Positions 63,557-64,000 of a DNA stretch of 64,000 nucleotides are shown piece by piece (position 1 is the stretch's first letter; every line of letters starts with the position of its first letter). The position numbers were made by a program, and so were the translations under genes. A model generated the notes under the pieces. The model did not search any database. It worked only from the letters and a program-made list of their open reading frames with translations, and had not been told where the DNA came from. The stretch spans positions 62,001-126,000 of the forward strand of contig CBFFRP010000199.1 of the NCBI GenBank assembly GCA_965644295.1. Reading direction: 5' to 3'. This stretch comes from Paraphysomonas bandaiensis. Its lineage: Eukaryota; Protista; Chrysophyceae.

Positions 63557-64000
63557 ATGGAGGAAGGATCCATAACAATTAAAGTTACTTATGACAAAGT
63601 AACTCGCAGAACAGCTGTTCAGATAGATAAAGACAATGCCTTTAATCAACTTCGAAATCTAAGTGTAATATTATTTCCAGAACTTAAGGATGTCTACTTT
63701 GACTTCGAGTGGATCGATGATGATGAGGAACGTATTACTATTTCGTCGAATCTGGAAGCGAATGAGGCAATACGAGTCATGAGCAGCGCTTCAAAGGGTT
63801 ATGTCAAACTTTATATTACGAATATAAGAGAACTAGATTTCAGAGACCATAACTCTGGTGTGTCTGAGTCCTCGTCCATTGTGTGTAACGCTTCGTCTAG
63901 AATTGAGGCTACAATTGTAAGGGCTGTTTATTTTCCATGTGAGTCCTTGCATTGTATCGAAGTCTACTCTGTTCGAAATACAGGGCAATTTACATGGCCA
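63557..64000 (+). CDS. PB1-domain protein (3'-truncated by window end), probably NBR1/p62-like
   Basis: MEEGSITIKVTYDKVTRR...FEWIDDDEERITISSNLEANEAIR (basic K plus acidic OPCA motif); the frame stays open to the window end. Confidence 0.8.
   Translation, partial: MEEGSITIKVTYDKVTRRTAVQIDKDNAFNQLRNLSVILFPELKDVYFDFEWIDDDEERITISSNLEANEAIRVMSSASKGYVKLYITNIRELDFRDHNSGVSESSSIVCNASSRIEATIVRAVYFPCESLHCIEVYSVRNTGQFTWP

Noticed and set aside
1-64000. tRNA or rRNA genes
   Set aside because: I noticed no cloverleaf/T-loop or rRNA-like sequence by eye. tRNAscan-SE and Infernal would be needed to exclude them.

Overview
This is gene-dense eukaryotic nuclear DNA with mostly short (about 45-90 bp) GT-AG introns. 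The gene content suggests a protist, probably a stramenopile (inference only). About 20 host genes lie in almost perfect -/+ alternation, forming head-to-head pairs. They include a >3400-aa multi-exon protein (EF-hand, Pro-rich, WH2/VCA-like), an F-box/CCCH protein, an inverted-duplicated hydrophilin pair, an SV2-like MFS transporter, a calcineurin-B-like protein, CMS1, WRAP53/TCAB1, a TRIC/UPF0126 membrane protein, a TrmB fused to a CCCH finger, an 8-repeat Myb/SANT protein, a CCCH-WD40 protein, DDX49/DBP8, TOP2, an ABCC transporter and two PB1-domain NBR1/p62-like genes. The most notable object is an apparently intact 6.34-kb Plavaka-like (CMC-related) DNA transposon (28164-34505). It has 10-bp TIRs, a 2-bp TSD, palindromic TACCTATAGGTA subterminal arrays, a spliced ~1105-aa transposase and a divergent 4-exon accessory gene of unknown function. 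The window also holds two non-autonomous hAT derivatives, several MITEs, a CACTA-ended MITE present as both a normal and a circularly permuted (end-joined) copy, and a 3-copy ~280-bp dispersed repeat. All family assignments come from motif recognition by eye, with no database search.
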